Shown: positions 36,720 to 51,900, numbered from the stretch's first letter. The stretch is 64,000 nucleotides of DNA from Mizuhopecten yessoensis (GCF_002113885.1 NW_018408900.1:260077-324076); one strand, 5' to 3'. The notes: generated by a model from the letters alone, not told the origin. Numbers and translations are program-made.

Positions 36720-37690
36720 AGTATAGTTTTCACAATGCTAGCCTGACACAACGATGCCGAGTGAAGAAGGCACTTTTCAGGGAAGATAACCAAATAATTA
36801 TCATTTCTGTTAAGGGAAGATTTGAATATTTGTGATACAAGATTTTTTAATCTGACCCAGACATTTGAGAAAGGGTGTAAAATGATTCCAGTTTAAATAT
36901 GTCCTTCAAATGAGCATGAAATGAGAATTTCTTTAGACAAGTACATGACATGTATTAAGACCAAATATTGATCTTGCAGTTTTTACAATCTTTGAAATCG
37001 CTCTTTAATCCTTTCCAATCCCACAATCTTTAAATAGATATTATTACAGATTAATTATATATCGGACCATAATTTAAGAATGGATAGTTTTATGGTTGTT
37101 TTTTATCTGCTATAGAAGGTTTTGGTTGTCTATAGATATGAAGTGCATGAACAAAATGTTTGTATGTGTAAATTTGTGGCAAGTGTAAGTGAAGTTTTAG
37201 TACTGGATTTGTGATAGGTTTACTAAATACTTATACATATGTATAAATAGTGCTGAATGATGGTGTGTTTATCAAATATTTATATCAATCGAGTCAAATA
37301 TTTCTATTTATATATTAAGAGTTCATGATTGAAAGTTTTTATTTAATTAATGCATTGTATATATGTGATCATAAGGCAGTAGGATTTGTAATGCTGTATT
37401 TCATTTGAAATTTCTAATCAAAGCACGCACTGCTAATGCTGACAATTTTCATTGATATATCATCAGATGATTTTTGTACAAATAAAAATTCAAGATGCAT
37501 ATGACTGCAGTTGTTTTTAATTTTATAAATCCTTTGATTCAGTGTTCAGAATAAGGGCCTTCGCTAAGTTGTTGGGGTAATTCATCACTTTCATGGACCT
37601 TTCTTTTGTGTATAAAGACAGTGTTCTTCTCTGAAAAATTTGAAAGAATTGGGATGAATATGTTACATAAAAACGAAATCTGCAACAACT

Positions 37691-40600
37691 TTACCAAAAC
37701 TTTAATCTCACTCTCCTGACAAACAAATACACAGATATGGCTGACAGACAAGACATGTACAGTGTGAGGACTAGGAAGCTTGGCAACGGAGGCATGTGGA
37801 TGGTTGCCATGGAGATGTTGACCAATCCAGTAAGGACATTGGACAGCAGGAAATAAAATAGACCGTTATAGTTGATAGCATTCAGGAGACCTCTAGTTGG
37901 CAAGGTCTGGATTGTCACACCTGAAATACAAAGATAAATGTCAAGTTTGGCACTGAACAAAAATTGTTATTGGATAAACAGGTCAGAGATTTGACTTGGA
38001 TATGCTAATTTTTTCCGCTTAAGTAATGTTTGACAGTAACATGGATAATTGCTACTTTGGCGGACATATTTGTTAAAGGGTCAAAGTTTACACATTTTTG
38101 TACTGAAATTGGTGATTCCCAAATTAACTTAAAAATGAGAAAATCTGAAATTGATTTACACTTTGTACCCTGACCTGCTGATATTCTGAGGTACTCCACA
38201 ATGAGATCCACCAACAACAGTGCAGACATGGTCTGTGTGGACAGTGCCAACTGTAAAACAATGGGTGTAAATGATGGCACAAATTTATTATCGCCTGTAC
38301 GGTCAAAACATATCTATTTCAAAAAAAGAATTCACTGACATTTCTTCTCAAAAACTATTAATAAATCATAAGGAGATCTCTTGATCCATAAAATTGTTTA
38401 GTTTAAAAGATTAGATTATCAATAAGCCTACACAATTACAACATATATTCTCATGTGATGATAGAGTCGATACAAATTCCTCTCCAGAATTTGTTTGTCA
38501 CCTTGTGGTCTTTTCTATGCAAAGGCTTAGTATATCTTGTAGTCTGTCTACACTGTCTATTTTTGTTACATGACATATTATTAAACCTTGAAATAGGGAT
38601 TGCATTAAATCATTCAATTGAACAGGATATGTGTATTGAAAGTGGATTCCTTGCATTTCGAAGATGACATCACTGCAGCAAATAATAAGCATGGAAGTCG
38701 GTGCACGACTGTCATCAACGTATCGCTGAGCAATCCCCCGCCCCTCCCACAAACTATTAGAAAATGGTTAACAAGTTGGATCAGAGTTATTTATTCCTAT
38801 TCATCTATTATTGTTTTTTTAGCTCAGGTGGTGGGACCAGGGTTCAAAATTGTATAACTGGATATGTTCTATACTCGACCTAAACCCGGCCTCTACAATA
38901 GATTATACTTACAATCCATAAAACATAGGTGAGGTTGGCAAATCTGCGTGACACTGGTTCTCCATAGGCCAAAGCCGATACACTATACAATCCCCAGAAA
39001 AACATGGATAGGACTGTCATGACGATTAACAGAGTCCGCCACGCTGACATTGTCCATCTGTAAGTTCAAAAACATTTGTAAAAAGTGAAATCTAACAAAA
39101 GAAAACTTTCTAACTTAATAACTATCTCCATTTACAATACACTGGATTTTGGGATACACAAGATCAATTTGATCTTCATATATAATGAAAGCTTTGTGCA
39201 AAATAAACACTGCACAGAAACAGATAGTGGTGTTCCGTTTAAATGACTTCGTCAACTATTGGTCTGTGAGGCCAATAAACTGATTAATTGACTACAAAAT
39301 GAATGCTGGATTTTAGTAGAAACAATTGTGTGTTGATGATATGGAGTTTTCAGGAGTTAATCATGTTAGCCTGTCTCCTCATCAGATACTAATAAGAGTT
39401 AAGCAGCAGAGGTCAACTGGTATTTGTTTCCAGCTATGTTCACATCATTGACTTCATAAGATTTAAAACCTGCTCATGGCCACTTAGAACTAGTATAAAT
39501 CACTGATTCAGTGTTTGAGGGGAGGTCATCTTTACATGGTATTGTTTTGTTTTTATTTAATTTGATTTCACCACATAACACCAATTATTTTTGTTAAAAC
39601 TTGCCTTTCATATCTGAAAATAATTTTTCCTATTTCTGTTCCAAACACGTAGAGCGCAAAGTACCCAAGGCAGGAGAATATGCCCTCTCTATTGGCATTG
39701 AGCAGTCCCTCGCGGCCACCCTGTCCGTCCTCCCCCAGTAAAAGATAATCCTTCACTCCTCCATAATCCAGACTGTACTGATAGGCTGCCATTACACCTA
39801 GAGCACAAAGGCTCCACAGAAACTCAGGAACGTAGATGTAGAACAGTGTTGACATTATCTGTAACAATAACGTAAACAAATGAGTTTCATGAATGTCTAT
39901 TGTGTTTTTATGATTTAATGGTACAGAGAAGAAGATATATTTGAAAAAGACCTGTATTATGTATTCAAATCCATATGTTCAGTTGACATTTGTACGACCA
40001 AGCTGACAATCTGAGTATATCAGGTTTCCGTAATTACCATAATACATAAGAGTCTATTCTTAAGTTTTACACCAATTTTAAACAGCCACTAATAAAGTCA
40101 ACAACCTTAATTAAATATTGCTTGCTGGGTTTAACCACTGATGTGAACCATGAATAAATATAATCTATTTAATACACGTATATAAAAGTGCTTTTGACAC
40201 AGTTTTTTTCTGCAAAGTGTTTATAATTAATGTGTAGCACGTTTATTTACTGTAAATTGAAGAGCTTACTGGTAAATTAATTGTATAGTGCTGATATATA
40301 TTTATTATAAAGTCTTTATATATATCTTGCTATATTCATGGCCTAAAACAATATGCAAAATACGGACCATTTAGTTAAGATTATTGTCTATTAATGCTGT
40401 TATACAAAATTTAAACCTCATGATTTTTTTCCAGAAACAGAACAGACGAGAGGTTGACAAAAGTTTATTTTACATTTTGAGAATGAACTAATTAGAGTTG
40501 TATAACATGATGATGAAAACCAGCCATCATAAGCTAGGTTGGAGGTCCTTTTTCTACCATAACTTTCTATTAGCTATAGGCAACCAGGTATTTCCCTTGG

Positions 40601-43600
40601 TAACACACAATTCCTTTATCTGATAACAAAACAAAATGCTACAAATCATGACGTCACAATGGAATATGCTGGAAAAAAGCATTGTTGCCCGATATAATAT
40701 TCAATAGCCTGGCTAACAAACTCACCTCCAGTTTGTTACATACATGGGGTAACATGAAATGTCTTATCACATTTTTGCATGTTTATGTCCGATGCTTCAG
40801 GGAAAATTTTTGTTTAACGAATGTGTATTAATTACATTTCATGTGGTATATGTATTTAATTATGATAAAGTTCTCTCAAGATTATGATTACCACTTCAAG
40901 TATCATGAAAATATTAAATTATGCATTATCATAAAACGTACGTGTTGAGTAAAATGTGAAACAAAGTCCATGCATTAATATTAGAAAAGGTCCTGTCGCA
41001 AAATTAAGAAAATAAAATAATCTAAAGTATTCAACGTCCATGACGGGACAATGCTTCACACATAAGGTCTTATAAAACTGATTAGCTTATGTTTCTTGGG
41101 TGCGGTCATAGTATACCTTCAAAGCAGCCAGCGTGATGAAGAAGTTCCAGTGTACACCATACTCGGACACATGTTCATGGTAGTTAGCTCCCTTTGTCAG
41201 GGCAAATCGCAGCAGCCCCAGAAACAGCAATGGTAAACAGGATATAAGGCAGTTCACTAGGCAACGAACCCTGTCAAGTGAAAGAGCACTTGGAGAATCA
41301 CTACATAAACAGTAAAACCTTGTTATTTTTAACCAAGTAGCAAAAACAAATATAGAGAAGGGGCATTAAATTGGGGTTTTATTTCATATATTTACTATGA
41401 ATTTGAGATACCTAGGTTATTTTCATTTATTAAGTTCCAGGCAGTTTAAAGGAACTAGTGGTGATCATGTGATTTATCTACATTAAAATGTACAGGTAAG
41501 CAAAGTTTTACCGACCTGTATGGAAAGCTTATATCTGGAAGTAGGCAACTGTAGACTATTCCCAGGAACTCATATTTAAATGTCATCTCATAGTGTGAAA
41601 CCTGTCTTTAACAACACCTGACTTTAACGACAATCTGTCATATCACTAATGATCTTATAGCCACAAATTAAAAGACGTCTTGATTAAAAACAAGAGGCCC
41701 ATGGGCCTTAACGGTCACCTGATATATTTATGCAGAGAGTTGATTTCGTTTTTAACATGAACAGAAATATTATTCAAAGTGACAAAAAACAATAAAACCA
41801 CCTTATTCAATATCAAGCATACAGATTTCAGACTAAAAAGGATTTGAAACTAGCACCTCTGATTCTAAACAAGGAAAATGAAGAAATTTTAGCACACTGA
41901 CTCCCTTGAGCCCCACCCTACAGCCCTTGGGGGTAGGGCTGGCTCAAAATTTTCAAAGTATCAAACTGTCAACTCAAGGTTATAATTCCAATCAAGTTAT
42001 TAACATGTAATATTCAAAGTATCATTTGCCATTATAAACCATAATAAATTTTGGCCCCCCCCCCCCCTTCCCCAGGGGGTAAACGTGAGACCCTAGGGTC
42101 ATAAACCTTAAGACCCTTCCATCTATGAAGAGTATTTGATTCTACCATATCTGGGTCTTGAGAAGAAGATTTTTGAAATTTCAGTCAATTCAACCCTTTT
42201 TGGCCCCACCCATCAGCCCCTGGGGGTCAGTCAGGGCTCATAGGTGCATACTATCAAACTGCTACCTAATACTGATAATGCTAACCCAAATTGAATTACT
42301 TCCAATGGAAATTAAACAAATGTTGGTCCAAAATGTGATTTCCCTATATAAACTATAGTAAAGTTTACCCCCTCCCCAGGGGGAAACGTGAGACCCCAGG
42401 GTCAAGAAATTCACAATTTCGGTAAAGCACCTTAAGACCCTTCCATCTATGAAGAGTATTTGATTCTACCATATCTGGGTCTTGAGAAGAAGATTTTTGA
42501 AATTTCAGTCAATTCAACCCTTTTTGGCCCCACCCATCAGCCCCTGGGGGTCAGTCAGGGCTCATAGGTGCATACTATCAAACTGCTACCTAATACTGAT
42601 AATGCTAACCCAAATTGAATTACTTCCAATGGAAATTAAACAAATGTTGGTCCAAAATGTGATTTCCCTATATAAACTATAGTAAAGTTTACCCCCTCCC
42701 CAGGGGGAAACGTGAGACCCCAGGGTCAAGAAATTCACAATTTCAGTAAAGCACCTTAAGACCCTTCCATCTATGAAGAGTATTTGATTCTACCATATCT
42801 GGGTCTTGAGAAGAAGATTTTTGAAATTTTAGTCAATTTGACCCCTTTTGGCCCCGCCCCTCAGGCCCCTGGGGGTGTAGGACAAAACCGGCAACTATTT
42901 TTGTTGACCTTTGTCAATGGAAGGTCCCTGCAAAATTTCATTGAAATTGGTTCAGGGGTTTTGGAGAAGAAGTCAAAAATGTAAATTGTTTACGGACGCA
43001 CGACGGACGACGACGGACAAAAGGCGATCGCAATAGGTCACTTGAGACTTTGTCTCAGGTGACCTAAAAAAAGTTTATATGTCATGTTCTTTATGTTTTT
43101 CTTTCATACTTTCCACTCATGAAGACTAAAAGGTTGTCAGTCATTGTCCTGTGAAACCTGAATTAACTGAAACCTGACTTTTAGAACATCATGTAAAATC
43201 CTACACAAAATTTTAAGGCTCCTTAAATAACTATTTCCAGGGGTGTTAATCAGATTTCAAGTTGAATGTACCAAACACGAAGAAGGTGGTTAATTTCAGT
43301 ACATTTCATAACACCCCATTAACATTCTTCTAATCTTTTATGAAAATAGTTGGTGAAATTTCTGAAGGAAAACGGTATTTTTAGTGGCTACTGGCTACAA
43401 ATGAAATCCCATGGGTTTCTTACACTTACAGACAAGCTGTCTTAACTTGCCAAATGAATGGACCCAAAAAAATGATTTGGTAAAGACGGGTTACACCTTA
43501 CATTTGATATACAGACCTAGACGTATGCAACTGTAAACTCAATCTCAATAAAACTTTTCTATGCAAGAAATGGGAAATTTATTTCAACTTCATTCATGTA

Positions 43601-46600
43601 ATTATACGACCATTTTTATTTTGTTAATCTTTGAAAAGAGTCTGACAAAACCAATATTGCAAATACGATATTTATATGCTACTTAAACTAAGATATTTTG
43701 ATTTTGTTAATCATTGAAAATAATTTGATCAAGCCAATATATATACTGTATCAGGTATTGCAAGTACATGATTTTTTTCTATACGTTTGTATTTCAACCA
43801 TGACATTTTGATTTTGTTATAATCTTGAAAAAGAATCTGACTTAGCCTATTCTGATATTAAGGTTTATTTATTTTCTACAGTGGAAAGGAAGAAGACTTA
43901 CCCAGGGCTTCTGTACTTGCCACGGGCCTCTGGTGACACAATGGCATTGGAGATGACAAAAAGTCCGACCCCAGTATCCATGACACCCGTGCCATAGGTC
44001 TCTGCTTTACAGAACCGACGGGGGAAAATCACAAAGTCCACACCAAGAATGGAAATAGCAGTATAAACAAGCACATATGCTCGGAAATTGTTAATGAATG
44101 ATAATTGGGGATCAATGTTTTTGTCACGTATCTCACTCCAACTGAGCCATTTGGTATTGAAGCGTCTTGAGTTGAGTTTTAATAAGACCCCCACCAAAGA
44201 TAATGACAGGATGCAAAATAGACAAAGAAATATGTATTCATTCCAGAGTGTCAGGATGAGCTGAAGGGGAAGCACCAGGCATACATGATCAATGGCCACT
44301 GTGTACCTGAAACAAAATAATTCACAATGTGACTAAATAATAGGGGAAATGCTGAACTCAAAGATCGCAATTTGTAATACATGTAGTGTTCCAGCAAAAA
44401 ATAAACTAAAATTATATCCAAAAAAAGAAAATAAGGAAAGGTAAAGTTTTATGACTGATATTTCTAATATTAGGAAATTTGTAAATAATATGCATACAAC
44501 ATTTCTAATGAAACTACAATTACAAGTACATGAACTGTTCGACTGTCTTCAGCGTATAATGATACATGCTCGGAAATCTTCAGATGATGAGAACATATCT
44601 GAAGCCTTTTATCATCTATATTGTTATAGTGAAATTAAAATCCTTGTGACAGGTTACTTTATTCACATTTACTATATATAATACCAGGTATAATGGGAGC
44701 AGGACGGCTGTCTCAATACATCAAACATAATGGCATAATATTATCTGAATATTCCTGAAAACCTGTACCTTATTACTTTATTTCAAAAGTATTTAGCAGC
44801 AATGAATGAGTTGAGTGATGTCTTTATATCAAACATACACATGGACTGTATATTCTATGTTCATGAGATCTTTCAACAAATTCTAGCTGATCGATCAGAA
44901 AGGAATTTTGTACTCTGCCCTTTTTCAGGATTGTTTATATAGTCCGATTCAGAACTTAAACCAAAATGTAGAACTTACCAATATATAACCAACTTCAACA
45001 GATTGAAGATCATGTCATGAGCAACAGACTTTATATCTGTTGTGGAACTAGACTGGGTCAATTGCCAGTGACCAGTTATAGCTCATTTGGTTTGAGTGTC
45101 TATGAGTTCAGAGGTCTAAGGTTCAAAATCTGGTCTGGCCGTGCATTTCTCTCTCCTGTTATAGTGGTGCCATGGGTTGTAAAAAGTGTTGTCTTTTGGG
45201 CAAAGACCTGGAAAAAGGAGGGAGGAATGTAGCGGAACTGGGCTGCTTAGCGAGTTGATACCCACACCTCAGTTGTACATAGCATTGTTTTTAGGGGTGA
45301 CGACTAAGAAAAAGGAGGGAGGAATGAAGCAGAATTGGACTGGGCGATCAGTGACCAGGTAGCTCTTTTGCTTAGAATGTTCTTTCTAGAGTTTCTAGTT
45401 CACATGCCAGTCTGGCTGTGAATTTTCTCCCCTGTTACAAGTTCTAGATAACAAATAGCTGCGTCTGGTAATGTAAATATGTACAAATATGGAGATGTCT
45501 TTCCTATCTTAATGTCACCGGTTGCTCAGTTTTTTACATCAAAACTCGAACAAGTTGTTTATGTATATATTTTTCTTTACTAGCTCCGAGAAACCTACAA
45601 TACAGGACAATACAATAAATATATTCACCCTCTCATATACATCCACTAAATTTACACAACTTCTGCACCAACCGAGGTACATTACCTCTGAATAAAGACC
45701 GCTATAAATATATTAATTGAAATAACAATGTTACAATCACACGATAGTTATTACATTAATACTGTTATATATACTGGGTATGATGTTCCTAGTATAACCT
45801 GCTACATGCTGGCGGCAATGTATCTTTACGTCCTCTATATATAGTCAATATATCAACACCTCTATCAGTCAATCTGGAGTACAGATCTGTCTCTCACGAG
45901 TCGGTTTGTAAGAATGACCACTGGGCAGCAAGTATTTACCCAGTAGCCAGAATATAGTGGCAGAAATACAGGGTGCTTTATTCATGCAAGGGGAAGGTTC
46001 AAGGTCTACGTCTTAAGTACAATTCAGTCAGAATGTTGAAACGGAACATAACAACACAGGTACATGCATTTCGAACTGATGACGTCACATACAGTTTACC
46101 ACACACGTGTATACAGACAGTTGACAGCACTCTTTGTAATATATATATACACACACCATATATATATATCATATTATATATACAGGGTTACATTAATATA
46201 ATGTGACCTTACATATTTTACATCGAAAGCTCAAAGGCGTGAGGACCGTCTTTGGGTACTCCATTGAAGTTGAAGTTGATACTAGACCGCAGAAGCCTGT
46301 TTTTGGGGTTAGGTGGGGGTATTTCTACTTCTACCGGTAAGTGACCACCATCATTAAGTTGACTATCCTGTCACTGTTATCGGTAGCTGCGACGAGATAT
46401 TTCTTTTATATGTTGCGTTGGGGAAGAGGAGGCTGGGTATTAATATTAGTACTAAGGTGGGGGTAGAAGAGGGGGCTTTGATCTAAAGACTTTTTTCTTT
46501 ATGGCCTAGGGAAGCTGTTTTCGGGTTCTTCTTCTTCTTTAAGTTACGGAGGCTACGTCAATTGTGACGTTTATGCCCTCAGGGGGTCCTATTGCAGAGG

Positions 46601-48357
46601 CGTGAAAAGGGGTTATTTACAGTGATTAGTTGGGGGGGGGGTTGTGATTTTTTGTGCAAGGTATAGATAAAAGATAAAACTGGGGTATGTTTTAGAGTGT
46701 GATGAGGGCTTCAAGGGCTGCATAGGGTAAGTGTGCCTTGAAGTCCTCTAGTGTTGTGCATTGTACTGCTGCTATGGGTAGGAGATTCCATTGTGTTATT
46801 GTGTGTGGAAAAAATGAATATTTGTAGGTGTCCTTTGTAGCAGATATGTGTTTGTATGCATGAGGGTGTGCATGTCTGGTTTGATGGTCTACCGGTGTGA
46901 GTATATGTGTTGGGTTTATGGCTACTGTTTGGTGTATAATTTTGTGAAAAAGGATAATTCTTGTGTGACAGCACCGTGTTTGTAGTGATGGCCATTGTAG
47001 TTTTTTAATCATTTCTGTTACGGAGCTAGTGTTGTGGTATCTGTTGTGTACGTAGCATGCTGTTCTTCGTTGTGTTTTTTCTATTTGTTTAATTTGGTTT
47101 GTGTTGTGTGGATCCCAAATGGAAGAGCAGTATTTAAGTTTTGGCCTAACTAGTGCTTTGTATGCGTGTTCTTTTATATGTGGTGAGTTTATTTTTAAGA
47201 TGCGTTTTAGAAAACCTAGAGACCTATTGGCATTGGCTGTAATGTTGTTAATATGTTTGTCCCATCATAGGTTATTTTGTAATGTAAGGCCTAAATATTT
47301 GCTGGATTCTACTTGTGTAATGTGTAGTTGTGGAGTTTGTAGTCATAGTGTATTTTGTTGCGTTTCGGTGTAATGTTGAGTATGTTGCATTTGTCAGGGT
47401 GAAATTTCATTAGCCAGTCCATCTCCCATTGTCCTGTTGCTTCAAGGTCTTGTTGTAGTTTTAGTGTCTTCTTTGTTGTTTATCGTCTTGTATATGATGC
47501 CATCGTCTGCAAATAGTCTAAGTGTACTGTATTTCATGTATTCATGGAAGTCATTGATGTAGATGAGAAAGAGGATGGGGCCCAAACAGGTTTCTTGAGG
47601 GACTCCAGATGTTACTTTTATTTTGTCTGATTGTTTGACCTAGAGTACTACTGTTTTGGTGCGGAATGAGAGAAAGTCTGTACTCCATGCGTGTGTGTTC
47701 CCTGTTATCCCGTAGTATTTGAGTTTGTATTGTATTCGTTTGTGTGGGACTTTGTTGATCGCTTTGGCAAAGTCGGATCATAATGATGATGTCTGTCTGT
47801 TTGTTGATGTTGTTGTTTGATGCGAGATCATGTATGAATGTGGTGAGCTGTGTTTCACAGGATATGGAAGATCTAAAGCTGTGTTTACGTTGTAGGTCAT
47901 ATAATATGTTGTTGGTCTCCAGATGTGTCATTTTGGCGCTTGTTATGATGTGTTCCATGAGTTTGCATGTAATGCAGGTCTTGTACAATCTGATTAAAAC
48001 CAGATGTTTGATTCCACTCCCGATACTCTACGTTCCGGTCAAAGGATCTTTGGTTTTAATCAGATTGGTTCTTGTAAGGAACGGAGAGATTTATCCTTCT
48101 ATCCCTTTTGGTAACTAAGATGCCAACTCTTATAATGGGGATGGAAAAACATGAGTCCAGGCATTGTTATGAGTCATTGTCATTTACCATGTGAAACGAG
48201 GTGTCGTTTTCCACAGGAACGTCTGTACACAGACCCGAGCAAATACAGCGATTCCCGTCGCACAAAGAATAGAAGCCACTTCTGTCGATGTTGTACCAAC
48301 ATGGTCGCTAACGAACTGCTCGTGCAGCTCTTTATACGATGCATTTCTAGCCGACAT
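37691..48357 (-). CDS. PIGW: GPI inositol acyltransferase PIG-W/GWT1, 7 exons, about 477 aa
   Basis: Exons 48357-48188, 44306-43902, 41270-41117, 39858-39605 (GC donor), 39057-38913, 38250-38175 (or -38169), 37920-37691. Motifs [99 protein letters not shown]. Confidence 0.93.
41688..43070 (-). mobile_element. Helentron-like element with a near-identical 324-bp tandem duplication
   Basis: AACAAGAGGCCCATGGGCC hairpin at the left; (GACG)n and AGGTCACTTGAG..CTCAGGTGACCTAAAAA at the right; units start at 42107, 42431 and 42755. Confidence 0.8.
45067..45440 (+). mobile_element. tRNA-derived SINE-like dimer (degenerate)
   Basis: Two units AGTGACCAG.TAGCTC.TTTG.TT.GA.TGT...GTTCA...TCTGGC.GTG.ATTT..CTC.CCTGTTA with A/B-box-like motifs; no intact cloverleaf. 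Confidence 0.4.
46526..47984 (-). mobile_element. 5'-truncated, decayed non-LTR retrotransposon (RT domain) in PIGW intron 1
   Basis: [60 protein letters not shown]; frameshifts and stops; (AAG)n 3' tail near 46526-46540. Confidence 0.9.
47986..48067. mobile_element. Short palindromic element, family B
   Basis: CAATCTGATTAAAACCA ... TGGTTTTAATCAGATTG. Confidence 0.65.
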
Positions 48358-48961
48358 TTCGATTATCCATTCAACTGGGGGGCTGACATTTTTTATTATG
48401 ATGATCGTACTCTCCAAGACGCTCGAATTGATTATCAAATGGCGGGAAATTTAAATGCATTTTTATCGCACGTGGCGAGTTATGTTTACAGGATCTACAT
48501 TGGAATAAAAAGGTATTGAGTGTATTATGATAAACTCGTAGTCATTCTTTCTTATTTTATCTTAAAATATTAAACTGCGATTTGATATTAAAATCCCACC
48601 TCGATGGTTGTAAGCACAGGGACATGATAATGTGTTACAGCACGGAATTGTTATCCAAGTCCGTGGTTACAGCTTTATGAGTTATTTTACCTGTTTTAGC
48701 AATTCGCAATTAGGGTTAAGATCGAATTCATTGAAAAGGGCCACCCCAATGCGTATGTATAAGATTCTTATCTTTTGAATTTATTTCGTTTTGAAAGAGT
48801 GAAATATAGCCGAAAATCAACGATAACAATTCTTTAACAAAGTCATAATTTTTGCATCATCTTTGTAGAGACACGCTATCATAAATAACTCAAATATAAT
48901 TTGAATGTTCAGAAATTGGCGCTTTAATTTTGCATAAGAAAAGTCCAGCAGATTTATATCT

Positions 48962-51900
48962 CTAAGCAGGTTGTATTAGCTCTTGTCCCGGAATCTCGCC
49001 CTCCAGGAAGAAGTCCAGAGACAATTTTCCGCCTGCATGAATGAAAAACAAGAAAATATTTGAAAACATGATTGGCCGAGAAAGTGATTACGAGAGGTAT
49101 CTTCGTAAAAGAAATATTCACCGTAAAACACCCCAAACAAATAATCGTTTCGACTGTGTTAGAGCAGCGACGTATATAACACATGGCTTGATACTTCTCT
49201 GGTTAGAGTGAACAAGAGCAGAAATATGTTTTTGCACGGGCTTAGATTTCCGTGGGTTTTTTTTACCAGTGATTCCCCTAACCTAGAATATACGAAAGCA
49301 TGAAAAGGCGTTGGGATATCAATAATTTATTACTATTTAAGTAATAATGTAGTATGCATTCAAACGAATAAAAACAAAAAAAACTTGTACTGGTATATAT
49401 AAATGAGATTTGACGGCGGCAGAGCGATGGTCTTGATTCTCCGGCCCCTCACTTTGCAACAATAATATGAGATAAACCTACCAGGTACACAGGAATATTT
49501 GCCAATGTCAGTCACTCCAGCATCACGGAGGATCTCGTCATCAATGGCGAAGTTCCCTGTATACGTTTTGCTGTCCTTTGTCAGAATAGTGTAGGCCGCG
49601 TCCGCCATGATCTCCGGCTTACGACACTCCCGGACAATCTCCTTGTTGTCCGCGCAGATCATCTGGACAGCCGCCGTGTATATGGCTGGGTAGAAAAACA
49701 TGAACTGGACACCAATTACATTTTTCCTGGATACACCAGTCACATGAAAAGACTAAGAGCATTAACACGCCGTGTTAAGAACACTAGATTGACATTTCCA
49801 GTCTAAAAAATAAATGCACGAACATATCAAATAAATAAACCGAATTATAATGTGATGTCGGTTAATATTAAACATGATTATATTCTATGCTTAAAAATCG
49901 TCGATTCAAAACTCCGATAAAAATAGCTTCGATTTGACGTTAACATAATATAAGCAAACTGTGTAGATGGATGTCTGACCTATGAGTCGAAAGGCGTTAA
50001 GGGGATGTAGTCCATGATACCTGGTAACTTAAAGCTCCAAAATTAAACATAAACGAAGTACATTTTTTTTTTTAAATCGGAATTTAGAGAAAGCTGAATG
50101 CCACGACATTGATAAAGGAAACACGACTACTAAACTTAGTTGTACTGACCAGTTCGCGGCCAAAGGGCATTCACAGCCACGTGCTTGGACCGAAACTCCT
50201 CAGCCATCCCTAGGACACACATGGACATCCCATATTTGGCCATGGTGTAGGCTGTAAAATAGAGTATCAATACAACTTACTATGTACTATGCATAAAGAT
50301 GTGGATATGTCCGCCAAACTAGACCATAGAGCCTTCAAAATGGCAGAAAAATATACTTATTGTATTTTAATTTGTCATGCTACATGAAGTCTTATTTTCT
50401 TTTGCGACGCAAGTACATTTTCTGTCATCCAGTATGCCCATGGGAGAAAAGTCAGCTATATCGAACTAGGATCGATATTTGACCTCAGATGAACTTACCA
50501 ACGTGATCTTTGAACCACCGACTGTTGAGGTTGAGAGGGGGACTAATGTTGAGGATGTGGGGGTTGTCGCTTTTCATCAGGTAGGGGAGACACATCTTTG
50601 AACTGGAAATCATAAAAGTACCTTGATAGCAATAGCAGTATAATATACTAACATAAATGTTCTCTAACTTTATGTGATCCGATTTGAATCTCTTAAAATA
50701 TGTTTACTAAATGAGACTTAATGTTTGCTTATCTTTCGTGATATTCTTGTGTTCAAAAACGATTTTAATGTCGCTGTGAATTTTCCGCATTTTGTTTCGC
50801 GATACCGAATTATCGAAATGTGGAAGGGGATCCATAGAATCTATAGCTGTTTTCAGATTTATTACGACTAAACATCGGCTCAGCTGATTTTTTTTCTTTT
50901 AATGGTATTTCTTTATTAACAAGCGGGTTAATTGGAAATGCCATAAATAGTTACCATAGAAACGTGCCCCGCACGTTGACTCCCATCATCAGGTCAAACT
51001 TCTTCATCTCAGTGTCCAGTGTTCCGGTCATGTTAATTGCACTGGCATTATTAACAAGGATGTCGATCCCTCCAAATTTAGCAACCGCCTTCTCCACAGC
51101 TGACTTTACTTGGTCCTCATACCGGATGTCCACCTGACACGCTAGATACGCCCCTCCAGCCTCCTCCACTGTCACATAAACAACACAAAAATTATCACAA
51201 TCTCTAAAGCCTAATAATGATGTGATCAGAGAAACAACCCATCCAGAACAGTTTTTATTAATTTGATCCTTTCCTTTCATCAGTACAGTAGCCAATACCT
51301 ATCATTAGGAAGATCTAGGCATCCTACTTACTGTTGTCATGGTTATCAGGCCTTTACTACACATAATTATTGCTATCATCATGACATCAAAAAACGCCCC
51401 TACACACTCTAGTGTTTCAAGTGGTTATCATGCCAAGCCCATATAAACACTATCAGGCCACGCCCCATCAATCTCTCATATTGAGGTTATTAGGCCACGC
51501 CCAAACACACTGTAATATTGAGGTTATAAGACCAAGCCCATAAACACTATCACTGAGGTTATCAGGCCACGCCCAAACACACTCTTATATTGAAGTTTTT
51601 AGGACACGCCCAAAATACGCACTTGTAACCTCAAAAGTGATCTGAAATAAAGCTACAGGCAAAATATCAGTATTTATGACTGTAAGTTATTACGCCACGC
51701 CCGAAAACACTATCACAGATGTTATCAGGCCACGCCCTAACAAACTCTTATATTGAAGTTATTATAGGCCACGCCCATAAACACTATCACTGAGTTATTC
51801 AGGCCACGCCAAAACAGGCTCTAATAATGAGGTTATTAGACCACGCCCATACAAAAACTGTCACTGAGGTTATCAGGCCACGCTATCACTGAGGTTATCA

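Noticed and set aside
42158-42682. Two identical 66-aa ORFs as duplicated genes
   Set aside because: They lie inside the 324-bp duplication of a non-coding element.
45067-45160. tRNA gene
   Set aside because: Degenerate boxes and no cloverleaf; better read as a SINE head. Similar fragments occur near 4045 and 61830.
45763-46213. Possible solo LTR (TG...CA, internal AATAAA on minus)
   Set aside because: Flanks (ATAC / TATT) give no target-site duplication and there is no second copy; unsupported without a repeat library.
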